Source: Candidatus Bathyarchaeia archaeon | GTDB taxonomy: Archaea; Thermoproteota; Bathyarchaeia; Bathyarchaeales; Bathycorpusculaceae | DNA: 64,000 bases | Direction: 5' to 3' | NCBI GenBank assembly: GCA_038727135.1 | Contig: JAVYWL010000001.1 | Span: forward strand, 384,001 to 448,000 | Part shown: piece by piece, positions 27,734 to 38,338 of the stretch | Numbering within the stretch: the stretch's first letter is position 1 | Layout of the letters: each line of letters starts with the position of its first letter | Notes under the pieces: generated by a model | Database searches by the model: none | What the model was told of the DNA's origin: nothing | The model's input: only the letters and a program-made list of their open reading frames with translations | Translations under genes and position numbers: made by a program

Positions 27734-28366
27734 CTATTTCCCGCCGAGGGTTTTCCGCCTGATTTCACCCCTTGGCTTTTCTTCCTCAAAAATTATGGCT
27801 TGAAACTTGTAGACTTTCGTGCCCTTCATAAGCCAACAGTCTGGAGGCAATCCAGCCTTCACGCAACATTGGCATAGGAATTCTTCCTCATCCCAGTTCC
27901 ATTCCACCGGTACTTGTGGCAAGAGAAGCCCTTTGTAAATTCCTCTTTCAATAATTAGCCCGTCTACACCGACTTTAATTTTGGATGGATACTCATTTGG
28001 CTTTTCAACCTCAACAAGTTGTGGCGGAGTTAATACGCTTACCTCGAAAACAACCTTGTCCAACTCGCTTATGGAGAGGGGATAAAATCTCGGGTCTTGG
28101 GTTGCAGAGCTTATGGCGGATTCTATAACCGCTTTGGCTAGAGGCGTTGTCGGATATGGAAGTCCTATACATCCCCGCAGTTCCTTTTCTCCATTTTCAA
28201 TGCTGTTTATTGTTACGAACACGCCGCATGGTTGCAGCAATTTTTCCGGCATGCCTTCTGGGACGCGTATACGCTTTTTTGTTTTTAGGTATTCTTCTAC
28301 GGCGTCGCGAGCAAGTTTGACGAGAATTTTGCCCTCTTCTAGGCTTAAATCGAAAGACAAGCGCAT
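27734..28366 (-). CDS. AMMECR1-domain protein
   Basis: GVFVT, LRGCIG, DPRF.P, EVSVLTPP, GLLLPQV.VE..W. Confidence 0.93.
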   Translation of the reverse strand: MRLSFDLSLEEGKILVKLARDAVEEYLKTKKRIRVPEGMPEKLLQPCGVFVTINSIENGEKELRGCIGLPYPTTPLAKAVIESAISSATQDPRFYPLSISELDKVVFEVSVLTPPQLVEVEKPNEYPSKIKVGVDGLIIERGIYKGLLLPQVPVEWNWDEEEFLCQCCVKAGLPPDCWLMKGTKVYKFQAIIFEEEKPRGEIRRKTLGGK

Positions 28367-28396
28367 TTATCCCCGGTTTTAATGGCTATTTTTGTT

Positions 28397-28999
28397 TTAG
28401 AATTTTATTGATTCCTCGCGGGCTCCATCTTTTGTTATGAATAGGAAGTCTATGCCGTCGCCGCTCATTATGTCCCTGCTTATAGCGGATTTTATCGCTC
28501 TAACGACAAGTTCTCTGCCCTCCTCCATACTTAAGCCCTCCCTATAACTTTCCTCAAGAACCCCCATGGCGATTTCTGTACCTGAACCCACAACGGCAAA
28601 TTTGTCTGGTATAACTGAACCCAAAACGTCTAACACATAAAGGGAAGCACCCTCGTCGTCTAATCCTCCAACAATCGTTTGGGTTATTAGTGGTGCCAAC
28701 CTATTGGCAAAGAGCAAGTTTGACATGAGTTTGGCGGCTGACCTAACAGATATTGGTCTCCCAACATCCATGCTGTACAGGTTTGCATAAGCTTCAACTT
28801 CACGCACCAGAATTTGCATGTCTGAAACCAGCCCCGCACATGCCGCGCCAATATGGTCTGTTATTTTGAAGACTTTCTTCCCGCCTCTGCTCACAACTAA
28901 ATATCCATATGAAACCCTCTTTTCAGAGGCGAGGATGACGCCGTCTCTGCAAACTATGCCCACGGTTGTAGCGCCTGGAACCCATAGATATTGGGGCAT
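28397..28999 (-). CDS. psmB: proteasome beta subunit, probably the non-catalytic paralog (Thr1 replaced by Ala)
   Basis: PG-ATTVGI, SEKR, KK.F.I, AGL.SD.Q, GSG, RD..SGDG. Confidence 0.9.
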   Translation of the reverse strand: MPQYLWVPGATTVGIVCRDGVILASEKRVSYGYLVVSRGGKKVFKITDHIGAACAGLVSDMQILVREVEAYANLYSMDVGRPISVRSAAKLMSNLLFANRLAPLITQTIVGGLDDEGASLYVLDVLGSVIPDKFAVVGSGTEIAMGVLEESYREGLSMEEGRELVVRAIKSAISRDIMSGDGIDFLFITKDGAREESIKF

Positions 29000-29133
29000 T
29001 TGCCCTTCCCTTTCCACGCTGCTTTCACCTTTCCACGTGATATGCGAGCACAACCTATTAAACTTAATGTCTCATAAGCTCTGCAAAGCTAAATAACCAC
29101 CAACACCATAACATCGCTGGGAAGGCATGGAGC

Positions 29134-29727
29134 ATGATAAACTTGTATTCGAAGCTTTATGACAATGTATGGTTTGGAGTGGCATACAATGACAAAAGCG
29201 TTTTCGCCACAGCTTTTTCGACAAATAGGGGACAGGTTCTCCGTAGTTTATTAGCAAGCATTCCATTTGATATCCCTTTTCAATACGCTGAAGAGGGAAC
29301 ATTCCTTGCCGAACAAGTACTTGCCAAATTAAGGGATATCTATAATGGCAAGGACGTGACTAACAAGTTTTCCCTAAACATGGAATCTTTGTCCGGTTAT
29401 ATGCAAAGGGTTTTGAAGGCTACTGCTAAGATTCCGGCGGGCTATGTGACTTCTTATGGAGCAATTGCGAAGGCTGTGGGTGGAAGCCCTAGGGCTGTTG
29501 GGCGGGCTATGGCTCTAAACCCATTTCCACTGCTCATTCCATGTCATAGAGTTGTTGCTTCAGACTTTTCTCTTGGCGGATACGGAGGAGGCTTGCAAGT
29601 CAAGCTGGAAATATTATGCCGCGAGAAAAGGGGATACAACAAAGAGGAGGAAATATCCATTGACGGAAAAAGGCTGAAAATTTTCCCCGTAGAGCTTGTC
29701 TTGGAAAGAGTTTCAAGGAAACCGTAA
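29134..29727 (+). CDS. ogt: O6-methylguanine-DNA methyltransferase
   Basis: IP.G.V.SYG.IA, PRAVGRA...NP.PL.IPCHRVV, GGYGGG..K. Confidence 0.92.
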   Translation: MINLYSKLYDNVWFGVAYNDKSVFATAFSTNRGQVLRSLLASIPFDIPFQYAEEGTFLAEQVLAKLRDIYNGKDVTNKFSLNMESLSGYMQRVLKATAKIPAGYVTSYGAIAKAVGGSPRAVGRAMALNPFPLLIPCHRVVASDFSLGGYGGGLQVKLEILCREKRGYNKEEEISIDGKRLKIFPVELVLERVSRKP

Positions 29728-29782
29728 AGTTTAAACATAAATATAAAAATCGAAAGGCTAATTTACTGAGAAGAGTGGTTTC

Positions 29783-30307
29783 ATGGTAAAGCGTGGTCTT
29801 TTTGTTGGAAGGTTTCAGCCCTTTCATAAGGGACACCTTAATGTTGTAAAAGATATTTTGAAGGAGGTTGACGAGCTGGTTATCGTTGTTGGCAGTGCAC
29901 AGTACAGCCACCGCATTGATAACCCCTTCACAACCGGCGAGAGGCTTGTCATGATTCGGAGGGCTTTGGAAGAGGCTGGAATAGATTTGGGTCGCATATG
30001 GATTGTACCTGTTCCCGATGTCCACATACATATGGTTTGGGTTTCAGCTGTTGAGGGCTATGCGCCACGCTTCGATGTTGTTTACTCCAACGAGCCTTTA
30101 ACACGGAGGCTTTTTGTGGAAGCTGGCTACGAGGTTAAGTCAATACGCTTCCATAGGCGCAAGGTCTACTCTGCGACTGAGATAAGAGAGAGGATGCTGA
30201 AAGACGGAAACTGGGAGGAACTCGTCCCAAAAAGTGTGGCTCAATTCATAAAAGAGATTGGTGGTGTCGAAAGGCTTAAAGACTTAACTAAGAGCGATAA
30301 AGTATAA
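29783..30307 (+). CDS. nadM: nicotinamide-nucleotide adenylyltransferase (archaeal NadM)
   Basis: GRFQPFHKGH, GSAQYSH..DNPFT.GER, SATEIR. Confidence 0.95.
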   Translation: MVKRGLFVGRFQPFHKGHLNVVKDILKEVDELVIVVGSAQYSHRIDNPFTTGERLVMIRRALEEAGIDLGRIWIVPVPDVHIHMVWVSAVEGYAPRFDVVYSNEPLTRRLFVEAGYEVKSIRFHRRKVYSATEIRERMLKDGNWEELVPKSVAQFIKEIGGVERLKDLTKSDKV

Positions 30308-31079
30308 CCTTGTCCCCAACCTTAACCTTAAACATTTCAGCGGCACTTCCCTGGTTTACCGATATCTCTAGAAAGTCGTGGCTGCCAATCAGTGCTAGCG
30401 GCTTTTTGGTTTCTACCTCGGCATAAGCCTTGCAGAGCCTCAGCTTACATGTGGTTTCTCCAATTTTTAGGTTCAAACTCTTCCTTATCCCAAGACATTC
30501 CAGCTCCTTCAACGTGAAGTTTGTAATAATGTTACCGAAACCGTCCACATAGATAATTTCGCCAACCAGCATTGAGCCTTTCCTAACAATTTTTGCAAAT
30601 CGTGGTTTCATAATTCCGCGGATTTCCGGTCCAAACTCTGAAGGCGGAACACCTTTTGATAGGTGGGCGGCTGCTGGAGCAAAAATGTCTCTTCCATGGA
30701 AAGTTGCTGAAACTTTGGGAAGCACGTATTTAGGATTAGCTATTTCGTAAACATGCTTTATGCCCTGTTTTTCGGCTGCCAAGGTTAAGATGCCGTTATC
30801 TGGTCCTATGAAAAAGCCGCTTTCCGTTTCTATCAGAATTGGTTTGCGTTTTGTCCCCACGCCTGGGTCTACGACGGCTACGTGTATTGTGCCTTTTGGG
30901 AAGTATGGTGCTGCGCTTGCCAAGACATATGCGCCCATTCTTATGTTGAACTTTTCTATTTGGTGGCTTATGTCAACTATCCGTACAGAGGGATTTATGC
31001 CTAAAATAACTGCCTTAATCTCCGCTACATAGGGGTCTGCAAGCCCAAAATCTGTCGTCAATGTTATGAGCGGAGTCAT
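30288..31079 (-). CDS. SAM hydroxide adenosyltransferase (DUF62, fluorinase/chlorinase family)
   Basis: TLTTDFG..DPYV, VVDPGVGT.R, GPDNG, SATFHGRDIFAP, VDGFGN, LEISVN.G.AA. Confidence 0.93.
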   Translation of the reverse strand: MTPLITLTTDFGLADPYVAEIKAVILGINPSVRIVDISHQIEKFNIRMGAYVLASAAPYFPKGTIHVAVVDPGVGTKRKPILIETESGFFIGPDNGILTLAAEKQGIKHVYEIANPKYVLPKVSATFHGRDIFAPAAAHLSKGVPPSEFGPEIRGIMKPRFAKIVRKGSMLVGEIIYVDGFGNIITNFTLKELECLGIRKSLNLKIGETTCKLRLCKAYAEVETKKPLALIGSHDFLEISVNQGSAAEMFKVKVGDKVILYRS

Positions 31080-31191
31080 TCTACTTAGAGTATTCAGTCT
31101 CGTTGGTTAAATTTTGTGATATTGTGCAATTTATTTATATGCAAGTTGTAGCCAGCATGTTTCGAAAGCTTGCCAGCCGTGAGGAGCGCAT

Positions 31192-31962
31192 TTGCGAAAC
31201 TTTGGAAACCTGAAAAAGCGAAGATTAGCAACGATGGACACACGAAGCTTAGCTTTAGTTATCAGCTTTTCAGCTTTATACGCGGTTTTCTGTGTATTTC
31301 CAATATTCCAAATTATTGGCTTGCCTAGCAAAGCCATAACGGCGGCGGCAATCATGGCGCCAGTTATCGGCATGATTCTCGGACCCTATCTTGGGGCATT
31401 CTCAACAATAATTGGTGGGTTAATTGGATTATTTACGGGGTTCTTCTCCCACATGAGCCTTGTTGCTGGAGCCGTCGCCTCCCTTTGCGCCGGCTTCCTG
31501 TACACTGGTAGGCGAGATTTGTGCGCCCTAACTTATTTCTCGCTTCTATTCCTTTTCGGCTTCTGCCCTTTTGTTGGACCGGTCTGGCTTTACCCATTAT
31601 TAATGTGGTTTCAGATTTTGGGTTTCATAGTTCTAATTTCCCCAGCGCAGTCCATGGCTTTAAGAAACATGAAACATGCGAGAAGCAACAATATGCGTAT
31701 TTTTGGCTTTTTCACAACATTTCTTGTCTCCACGTTAGCCGGGCAGATTGCCGGCTCGCTTATGTTTGAATTATCTTTCTGGCCATTATTTACGGCTGAC
31801 ATTAACGCCATAGGAGGGTACTGGCAAATTGTCACTTTTCTGTACCCCATTGAGAGGATCATTATAGCTTTAGTTACAACTTTCATAGGTGCTGGATTGC
31901 ACAAAGCCCTAAAACTAGGAAATGTTGGACAAAGCATTTTTAAGGCTCAGTTTTTGGCTTAA
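31192..31962 (+). CDS. membrane protein, ECF S-component-like
   Basis: about 7-8 TM segments; FSALYAV, APVIG.ILGPYLG, YPIERII patterns; GAGGAG RBS before TTG. Confidence 0.6.
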   Translation: MRNFGNLKKRRLATMDTRSLALVISFSALYAVFCVFPIFQIIGLPSKAITAAAIMAPVIGMILGPYLGAFSTIIGGLIGLFTGFFSHMSLVAGAVASLCAGFLYTGRRDLCALTYFSLLFLFGFCPFVGPVWLYPLLMWFQILGFIVLISPAQSMALRNMKHARSNNMRIFGFFTTFLVSTLAGQIAGSLMFELSFWPLFTADINAIGGYWQIVTFLYPIERIIIALVTTFIGAGLHKALKLGNVGQSIFKAQFLA

Positions 31963-32710
31963 GACCGCTCATGAAAATGCACTGTTCTGGTGGTATAGCC
32001 ATATCCCTCGGGCCATAAACTCCGTCGTCAAAGCTTATGGGCGCTTCTTTAATTAAAACCGCCGGGATTGCTTCTGAAGTCTCTCCCATTAGGAGGTGCG
32101 CGGCCGATGCTAAGTCATCTGCAACAGCATGCAATGTAATGGCTAATTTTTTCCCAAAAATGTCCTTTTTGCCTCTGCAATCCACGACTGGTTTGAAACC
32201 GGCAGTGGCTAAGGCTAATCCTGTTGTGCCAAGCCTTAATGGTCTTAAGCCGCTATCAACGATTAAAACCGCAATCTTCTTTCCAGTTTTGTGCATTAAT
32301 TCTTCCCTAATGTTTCCCGCCCATTTCTCCGGGTTTTTAGGCCATAAAACAACAGCGCCGTGAGGAGCGTTTTTATTATCTATCCCAGCATTCGGCGTCA
32401 AGACCCCGTTTTTAAGCGTTAAGACAGCCTTTTCCACCCCACCGCAGATTTCCTCCGCCTCTTGCATAATCAGTTCGGCAAGTTCTGGTGATATAGCGAA
32501 TTTGTTGGCCAGTTTTTCAGCTTTATCAGATGGTCTAACTTTTCCCAACTCCACTACACGGTTTTCTGCGTAGGCTATGACTTTTGATGCTAACGCCAAG
32601 ACATCCTTGTCGTCAAATTTCAGCCCTTGCTTTTCCATTGCCTTTAAGACGATGTCAACTATGGTGCCTCCTCTTTTTATAACATCAGTCTTTATTGGAA
32701 AAAGTTTCAA
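31940..32710 (-). CDS. cofE: coenzyme F420-0:L-glutamate ligase family (CofE-like)
   Basis: ASKVIAYAE.R.V, PNAGID..N, DS..RPLR.G..G.AL...G, D..G..D.FG..L.IT..AVAD.LASAA.L.MGE. Confidence 0.85.
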   Translation of the reverse strand: MKLFPIKTDVIKRGGTIVDIVLKAMEKQGLKFDDKDVLALASKVIAYAENRVVELGKVRPSDKAEKLANKFAISPELAELIMQEAEEICGGVEKAVLTLKNGVLTPNAGIDNKNAPHGAVVLWPKNPEKWAGNIREELMHKTGKKIAVLIVDSGLRPLRLGTTGLALATAGFKPVVDCRGKKDIFGKKLAITLHAVADDLASAAHLLMGETSEAIPAVLIKEAPISFDDGVYGPRDMAIPPEQCIFMSGLKPKTEP

Positions 32711-32714
32711 AGGC

Positions 32715-32999
32715 TCATCCTCCGTGAGAAACTGGAACTAAAACCACTTCATCCCCGTCCTTAAGGACTGTCTCTAAACCCTTCAAGACGCTGATTTCGC
32801 GGCCATTCACAATTATTAGAGTGTTTGGTCTCGGGTCACCAAGCTCCGGGTCAATTAGGACCCTTTCCATTTTTGGGAACACTTCAGTGATTCGTTTTAA
32901 GGCTTCCTTGAGTTGTGCACCTTCACTTAGCTCTAGCGTTACCTTGCCCTTGCTTGTTATGTTGCGGAAACTGCCAACAAATCTAATGTTAACCTTCAT
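32715..32999 (-). CDS. MoaD/ThiS-family ubiquitin-like sulfur carrier (SAMP)
   Basis: beta-grasp pattern IIVNG..I..L.GLET.LKDGDEV..VP.SHGG with C-terminal GG. Confidence 0.9.
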   Translation of the reverse strand: MKVNIRFVGSFRNITSKGKVTLELSEGAQLKEALKRITEVFPKMERVLIDPELGDPRPNTLIIVNGREISVLKGLETVLKDGDEVVLVPVSHGG

Positions 33000-33030
33000 C
33001 TTTCTCGGTCCTTCCCCCTTATGAAGACGC

Positions 33031-34407
33031 CTATAGTACTATTATGACTGAGATGTCGTTAACGTTTGTGCCCGTTGGACCTGTGAAGATTAGGTCGCCG
33101 AGCTGAGAAAAGAAGTTGTAAGAGTTATTGTCGGCTAGGAATTCCTCAGCCTTAAGCCCCGAGGCTTCTGCCTTTACTATTGTTTTTCCGTCGGCTATTG
33201 CTCCTGCAGCGTCTGTTGGTCCATCCACCCCATCAGTGCTTAATGAAGCTATAACGACGCCTTCAAAGCCTTTAATTTTCAGCGAGGCCGCCAATGCTAT
33301 TTCTTGGTTTCTTCCACCCTTGCCTTTTCCAGCAACTGTAACTGTTGTCTCACCGCCAGCCACTATGCCAGCAGGCTTTTTAACTGGGTTGCCGGATGCC
33401 AAAATTTCTCGAGCTAGCGAAGCCAGCATTGTTCCAACATGTCTTGCTTCACCTTCGAGAAGCGATGTTAACAGAAGCGTATTCAAACCTTCTGATTGTA
33501 GGGTTTCACATGCAGTCATGCTTGCGGCTCTGTTGTTTCCGATAACGACGTTGAAAACCTTTTTGAAGATTTCGTCACCAGTCTTCGGCGTTTCTGAGAT
33601 AAGCCCTTTCTCCCCATCCGTTAAGACTTTCCTTATTGATTTTGGGGCTTTATCCCACAAACCATATTTCTTTAAGACGTTTATGGCGTCGCTGAAAGTT
33701 GTGGAGTCGGGGACCGTCGGTCCAGAGGCAATGAAATCCAGCGGGTCGCCTAAAACATCCGATAGGATAAGGTTTAAGATTGTTGCTGGATAAGCCTTCT
33801 TAGCAAGCCATCCGCCCTTAAACTCTGAAATATGCTTCCTAACAGTGTTTATCTCGTTTATTGTGGCGCCACACTTAAGCAGTTCTTCTGTTATCTGCCT
33901 CTTATCAGCTATTGTTATTTCGCCTCTAGGCATGGGCATTAAGCTGGAGCCACCGCCCGAAATCAAGCATATAATTAAGTCTTCTTCTCCAGCTTTTTCG
34001 GCTATTTCTAGCATTTTTCTTGTTCCTTCAACTCCGGATTCGTCGGGGATGGGGTGACTTGCTTCGTGAAGTCTAATTATTCCTGTTTTATGCTTGTTCC
34101 CTTTTGGAACATTTACAAGTCCATCTGTGATTTTGTCACCTAAAACTTCCTCTAAGGCCTCAGCCATTGAGCCGCTTGCCTTCCCTCCACCTATCACATA
34201 TATGTTCTTGAACTTTCCAATGTTGAAAGCTCGCCCGTTAACGTGGAGAATTGAGCCTTCTAGCTTAAGTTTTGATTTAATTAATGATTTTGGGTCTACT
34301 GCTTTTATGGCGGCTTCAAGGCTTTTTAAGGCTAATTCTCTAGCCCTTTTATCGAGAAGTGTCTCGCCGTTCTGAATTAATTGCTCCATATTCTTAATAA
34401 TCGCCAT
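33031..34407 (-). CDS. glycerate 2-kinase (MOFRL family)
   Basis: GGGKAS, SHPIPD, LISGGGSSL, RKHIS..KGG, SDV.GD, GGETTV, GGRNQE, TDG.DG, TGTNVND. Confidence 0.95.
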   Translation of the reverse strand: MAIIKNMEQLIQNGETLLDKRARELALKSLEAAIKAVDPKSLIKSKLKLEGSILHVNGRAFNIGKFKNIYVIGGGKASGSMAEALEEVLGDKITDGLVNVPKGNKHKTGIIRLHEASHPIPDESGVEGTRKMLEIAEKAGEEDLIICLISGGGSSLMPMPRGEITIADKRQITEELLKCGATINEINTVRKHISEFKGGWLAKKAYPATILNLILSDVLGDPLDFIASGPTVPDSTTFSDAINVLKKYGLWDKAPKSIRKVLTDGEKGLISETPKTGDEIFKKVFNVVIGNNRAASMTACETLQSEGLNTLLLTSLLEGEARHVGTMLASLAREILASGNPVKKPAGIVAGGETTVTVAGKGKGGRNQEIALAASLKIKGFEGVVIASLSTDGVDGPTDAAGAIADGKTIVKAEASGLKAEEFLADNNSYNFFSQLGDLIFTGPTGTNVNDISVIIVL

Positions 34408-34499
34408 TCGGAGTACCCTTGTAACTTTTAAGGACGGGGAATCGTAAATGTAATAAGTTAAGCGTTAATAAAGTGTTTTGCACCGCGCAGGTGAACATT

Positions 34500-35507
34500 A
34501 TGGCAAAGCCTAAGGTTTACGTAACCCGTGAGCTTCCAGAAAGAGGAATGAAAATAATAAAGGAACGTTTTGACGCTGAAGTTTGGCCGGAGTATGGTCC
34601 GCCGCCGAAGGCGGAAATAATAAGGAAGGCGCGGGATGTTGACGCCTTAGTCACGCTTTTGTCGGATAAGATTGATGCTGAAGTTTTTGATGCTGCGCCG
34701 AAATTGAAAATTGTCGCTCAGATGGCTGTTGGCTTTGATAACATAGATGTTGCTGAAGCCACAAAGAGGGGCATATATGTGACGAACACCCCTGGCGTTT
34801 TAACAGAAACTACAGCGGATTTTGCTTGGGCTTTGTTGATGGCTGTTGCGAGGCGGGTTGTTGAGGCAGACAAATATGTTCGCACAGGACAATGGAAGGT
34901 TAGCTGGCACCCAAGCATGCTTCTAGGCAGAGATGTTTACGGCGCAACACTTGGCATTGTAGGTGCTGGCAGAATAGGAACGGCAGTCGCGAGGAGGGCA
35001 AAAGGCTTCAACATGAGGATTCTCTATTATGATGTTGTGCCTATGCCGCCAGAAGTAGAGAAGGAGTTGGGCGCGAAACGTGTGGATTTGGACACGCTTC
35101 TAAGGGAATCCGACTTTGTCAGCATTCACGTGCCTTTAATGAAGGAGACATATCATCTAATCAACGAAGAGAAGCTTAGGCTGATGAAGAAGACAGCCTA
35201 CCTAATCAACAACTCCAGAGGACCGGTGGTGGATGAAAAAGCCCTTTACAAAGCGTTGAAGGAAGGATGGATTGCTGGCGCAGCCTTAGACGTTTTTGAG
35301 CAGGAGCCCACGCCGGTGGATAATCCCTTGCTTAGGCTTGACAATGTCGTTGTGGCGCCCCACATTTCGAGTGCCAGCTATGAAACCCGCTCAAGGATGG
35401 CTGAGATGGTTGCGGAAAATTTGGTTGCCTTCTTTGAGGGAAAAACTCCGCCGAACCTCGTTAATCCAGACGTTGTTAAGGTACGCCCGTTATCCAAGCT
35501 CTTTTAA
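34500..35507 (+). CDS. gyaR: glyoxylate reductase (D-2-hydroxyacid dehydrogenase family)
   Basis: [48 protein letters not shown]; divergent from glycerate kinase. Confidence 0.92.
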   Translation: MAKPKVYVTRELPERGMKIIKERFDAEVWPEYGPPPKAEIIRKARDVDALVTLLSDKIDAEVFDAAPKLKIVAQMAVGFDNIDVAEATKRGIYVTNTPGVLTETTADFAWALLMAVARRVVEADKYVRTGQWKVSWHPSMLLGRDVYGATLGIVGAGRIGTAVARRAKGFNMRILYYDVVPMPPEVEKELGAKRVDLDTLLRESDFVSIHVPLMKETYHLINEEKLRLMKKTAYLINNSRGPVVDEKALYKALKEGWIAGAALDVFEQEPTPVDNPLLRLDNVVVAPHISSASYETRSRMAEMVAENLVAFFEGKTPPNLVNPDVVKVRPLSKLF

Positions 35508-35596
35508 ACAATCATTTCACCTTTTTCAACTATAATGGTTAAATATTCCATCCATGTAACTTTAACTTTCAATCCGCCCTTTCAAGACATTGGTGG

Positions 35597-36781
35597 TTGT
35601 TGATGGTTTCCATATTCGCGAAAAGAATGGCGTCCCTCGGAACCGAAACGGCTTTTGAAGTGCTTGCCCGTGCAAAAGCCCTTGAAAGGCAAGGCAAAGA
35701 GATAATCCACTTGGAAATAGGCGAACCGGACTTTGACACGCCTCAAAACATTAAAGAAGCCGCCGTAAAGGCTCTTTATGCTGGCTACACCCACTATGTG
35801 CCAGCGGCTGGCATCCCGGAATTGCGGGAAGCCATAGCCGAGTACATTTCAAAAACTAGGAAAATTCCCGTTGATCCGGAAGAGGTTGTTGTCACACCCG
35901 GAGCTAAGCCAATAATGTTTTTCGCCATACTGGCATGTGTTGAGCGCGGCGATGAGGTCTTATATCCAAATCCAGGTTTTCCAATATACGAGTCCATGAT
36001 AAATTTTGTTGGAGCCAAACCAGTACCCATCCCGCTAAAAGAGGAGAACGACTTCCGACTGGACCACGAGTATGTTAAGGCCAAGATAACCAAAAAGACT
36101 AAAATGATTATTTTGAACTCACCTGAAAACCCAACCGGCGGCGTTTTAACAAAGGAAGATTTGAAGGTTATAGCCGACTGCATATCCAAAAGGGACGACG
36201 TCATAGTGCTTTCAGACGAGATTTACAGCAGAATAATCTATGAGGGAACCCATGAAAGCATCGCCTCGCTTCCGGGAATGAAGGAAAAAACCATAATATT
36301 GGATGGATTTTCGAAAACCTATGCCATGACAGGCTGGAGGCTCGGCTACGGGGTTATGCGAAAAGACCTAGCTGAAAAAATCACGCAGCTGATGATTAAT
36401 TCGAACTCTTGCACGTGCGCTTTTGTCCAAATGGCTGGAGTTGAAGCCCTTAAAGGTCCGCAAGACTCCGTTGACAAAATGGTCGCAGAATTCAAGAAGA
36501 GAAGAGAAATCATCGTTTCCGGCTTGAACAACATTAAGGGCATAACATGCAAAAAGCCTAAGGGGGCCTTCTACGTCTTCCCAAACATAAAGGAGGTTGG
36601 AAAGACAGCCAAAGAATTTTCAGATTATTTGCTCAACGAGGCTGGTGTGGCTGTTCTGCCAGGCACTTCCTTCGGGAAATATGGTGAGGGATATCTACGT
36701 ATATCCTTTGCAAACTCCATTGAGAACATCAAGAAGGCTTTAGACCGCATAAGCAAGGCTATTGAAAAACTGAAAAGTTAA
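35597..36781 (+). CDS. class I/II PLP aminotransferase (aspartate aminotransferase-like)
   Basis: IGEPDF, NSPENPTG, SDEIY, GFSKTYAMTGWRLG, GAFY.F, R.SFA. Confidence 0.93.
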   Translation: MLMVSIFAKRMASLGTETAFEVLARAKALERQGKEIIHLEIGEPDFDTPQNIKEAAVKALYAGYTHYVPAAGIPELREAIAEYISKTRKIPVDPEEVVVTPGAKPIMFFAILACVERGDEVLYPNPGFPIYESMINFVGAKPVPIPLKEENDFRLDHEYVKAKITKKTKMIILNSPENPTGGVLTKEDLKVIADCISKRDDVIVLSDEIYSRIIYEGTHESIASLPGMKEKTIILDGFSKTYAMTGWRLGYGVMRKDLAEKITQLMINSNSCTCAFVQMAGVEALKGPQDSVDKMVAEFKKRREIIVSGLNNIKGITCKKPKGAFYVFPNIKEVGKTAKEFSDYLLNEAGVAVLPGTSFGKYGEGYLRISFANSIENIKKALDRISKAIEKLKS

Positions 36782-36790
36782 GTTTAACCT

Positions 36791-37165
36791 TTAATCCTCC
36801 ACTTTTTCTCCTATCATTGTTTCAACGATTTCCGAGGCTAGCTGTATTAGGTTGTCAGCCTGCTTTACGACTTTTTCCTCATTCACCTCTTCTAGCTGTG
36901 CCATCTGCTGCATCATCCCCTCAATTTCCACTAAACATCTCAGAACTGGATCGTTTCCAAACTGCATTTTTTCAAAGGCCTCTTTGACGACGCTTTCTAT
37001 AAAGGCGGGCTCTCCTAGGCTGTAGTATATGGCGTTTCTAGCCTTTCTTATAGCTTCTAGAATTAGGCTTGGAGCCATGTAGGGCATTTTCCTTGCAGCT
37101 TCAAGCTCTGCTTTTGCCTCACGTAAGTATCTTAAAGCCCATCCGCGTCTATACTGGTCTATCAT
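36791..37165 (-). CDS. hypothetical helical protein, weak HEPN-like pattern
   Basis: YLREAKAELEAA...AIYYSLG; coherent ORF downstream of rps17e. Confidence 0.6.
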   Translation of the reverse strand: MIDQYRRGWALRYLREAKAELEAARKMPYMAPSLILEAIRKARNAIYYSLGEPAFIESVVKEAFEKMQFGNDPVLRCLVEIEGMMQQMAQLEEVNEEKVVKQADNLIQLASEIVETMIGEKVED

Positions 37166-37215
37166 AGCCTACAGCCTCGCCCCGCCTTTTTAAAATGGAA
37201 GGCGGTCTAATAAAG

Positions 37216-37440
37216 TTACTCGCCCTCTTCTTGGCTTTCGTTTGATGTTGGTGTTTCCATTCCGGAATAAATGTGGGTTATGTATCCAGCAATCTGGTTT
37301 CGCACACGAGTTGTTGTTCCCTGCAAAAGCACGGTTACAACACGCTTGTTCTCTTCAAAGTTGCTGGAAAACTTGTTGGGAAAACGCCTAACAAGTTCTT
37401 TGGCTATGCGTTTAATATGTTCTGTGCGAACTTTTCCCAA
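37216..37440 (-). CDS. rps17e: 30S ribosomal protein S17e (eS17)
   Basis: MGKVRT..IKR.A.EL, FEENK, RNQIAGYIT. Confidence 0.96.
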   Translation of the reverse strand: MGKVRTEHIKRIAKELVRRFPNKFSSNFEENKRVVTVLLQGTTTRVRNQIAGYITHIYSGMETPTSNESQEEGE

Positions 37441-37540
37441 GCTTCATTGTCCCCCAAGCACCCTCTCTATGCCGTTCCACATTGCACATGTTTAAAGTGT
37501 ACACTCATAACAAAAAGGCTAAATTTAAATTTACGCGTCG

Positions 37541-38338
37541 CTATTTCTTCGAATTTATCTTCACCCCGAAAAATTCCTCAAAATTCCTCGCTATTTGATC
37601 TGCGGTTTCCTCAACACTTATCCCTTTAACTTCAGCTATTGCACCCACAACTGTTGGAATAAAAGCTGGAGTTGTCATTTTCCCATTAAAGGGGCTTTTA
37701 AAGTAGCGCACTGGTCCATCAGTTTCTGTTAGCAGATTTGTTAATGGGACTTTCTTGACAATCTCGCGTATACCGTTTGAATAGGCTATTGGCGGTCCCT
37801 CACTGATGTAATATCCCCTTTCAATGGCTTTTGGCAATACGCTTATTGGATTGCTGAACCAGTGTAAAAGAACCCTTCTCAAATTGTAGGATGGGAGCAT
37901 ATCAACAATTTGCGCGGTGGTTCCACGAGAATGAACTATCACTGGCAAGCTTAGTTTTTCGGCTAGACGCAGCATTTCATCAAAAACCTTCAGCTGTTTT
38001 TCCCAGATTTTCTCATACTTGTAGTCTAAGCCCACCTCGCCTATGGCTATTAGAGCTTTATTTTGCCTCTGTTTTATTATAAGCTCTGTTGTTTGTTGTA
38101 GCTCTTCCTCAGTTAACGTGTTTACATTCCATGGGTGAATCCCCAAAGCAGCATAAACCATCCCGTTATAGCGTTCGGCAAGCTCGAGGCTTTTTATGCT
38201 TGTCTCTAGGTTCATGGAGTTAGAAACTAAAGCCACCACATTGGAGTTTTTGGCGTCTAGAATGATTTCTTCAATTTTTTCAGCGTATTCATCGTCTGAT
38301 AGGTGGATGTGGGCGTCGATAAACTTTAGGGAGTTCAT
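37541..38338 (-). CDS. tatD: TatD-family DNase
   Basis: DAHIH, GIHP, IGEVGLD, HSR, HWF, ETDGP. Confidence 0.93.
   Translation of the reverse strand: MNSLKFIDAHIHLSDDEYAEKIEEIILDAKNSNVVALVSNSMNLETSIKSLELAERYNGMVYAALGIHPWNVNTLTEEELQQTTELIIKQRQNKALIAIGEVGLDYKYEKIWEKQLKVFDEMLRLAEKLSLPVIVHSRGTTAQIVDMLPSYNLRRVLLHWFSNPISVLPKAIERGYYISEGPPIAYSNGIREIVKKVPLTNLLTETDGPVRYFKSPFNGKMTTPAFIPTVVGAIAEVKGISVEETADQIARNFEEFFGVKINSKK

Noticed and set aside
31080-31235. Possible riboswitch ahead of the ECF S-component-like gene
   Set aside because: The leader is short, a GAGGAG RBS fits the TTG start, and no recognisable aptamer core is present
36791-37165. HEPN toxin of a toxin-antitoxin or defence system
   Set aside because: No Rx4-6H motif and no adjacent nucleotidyltransferase
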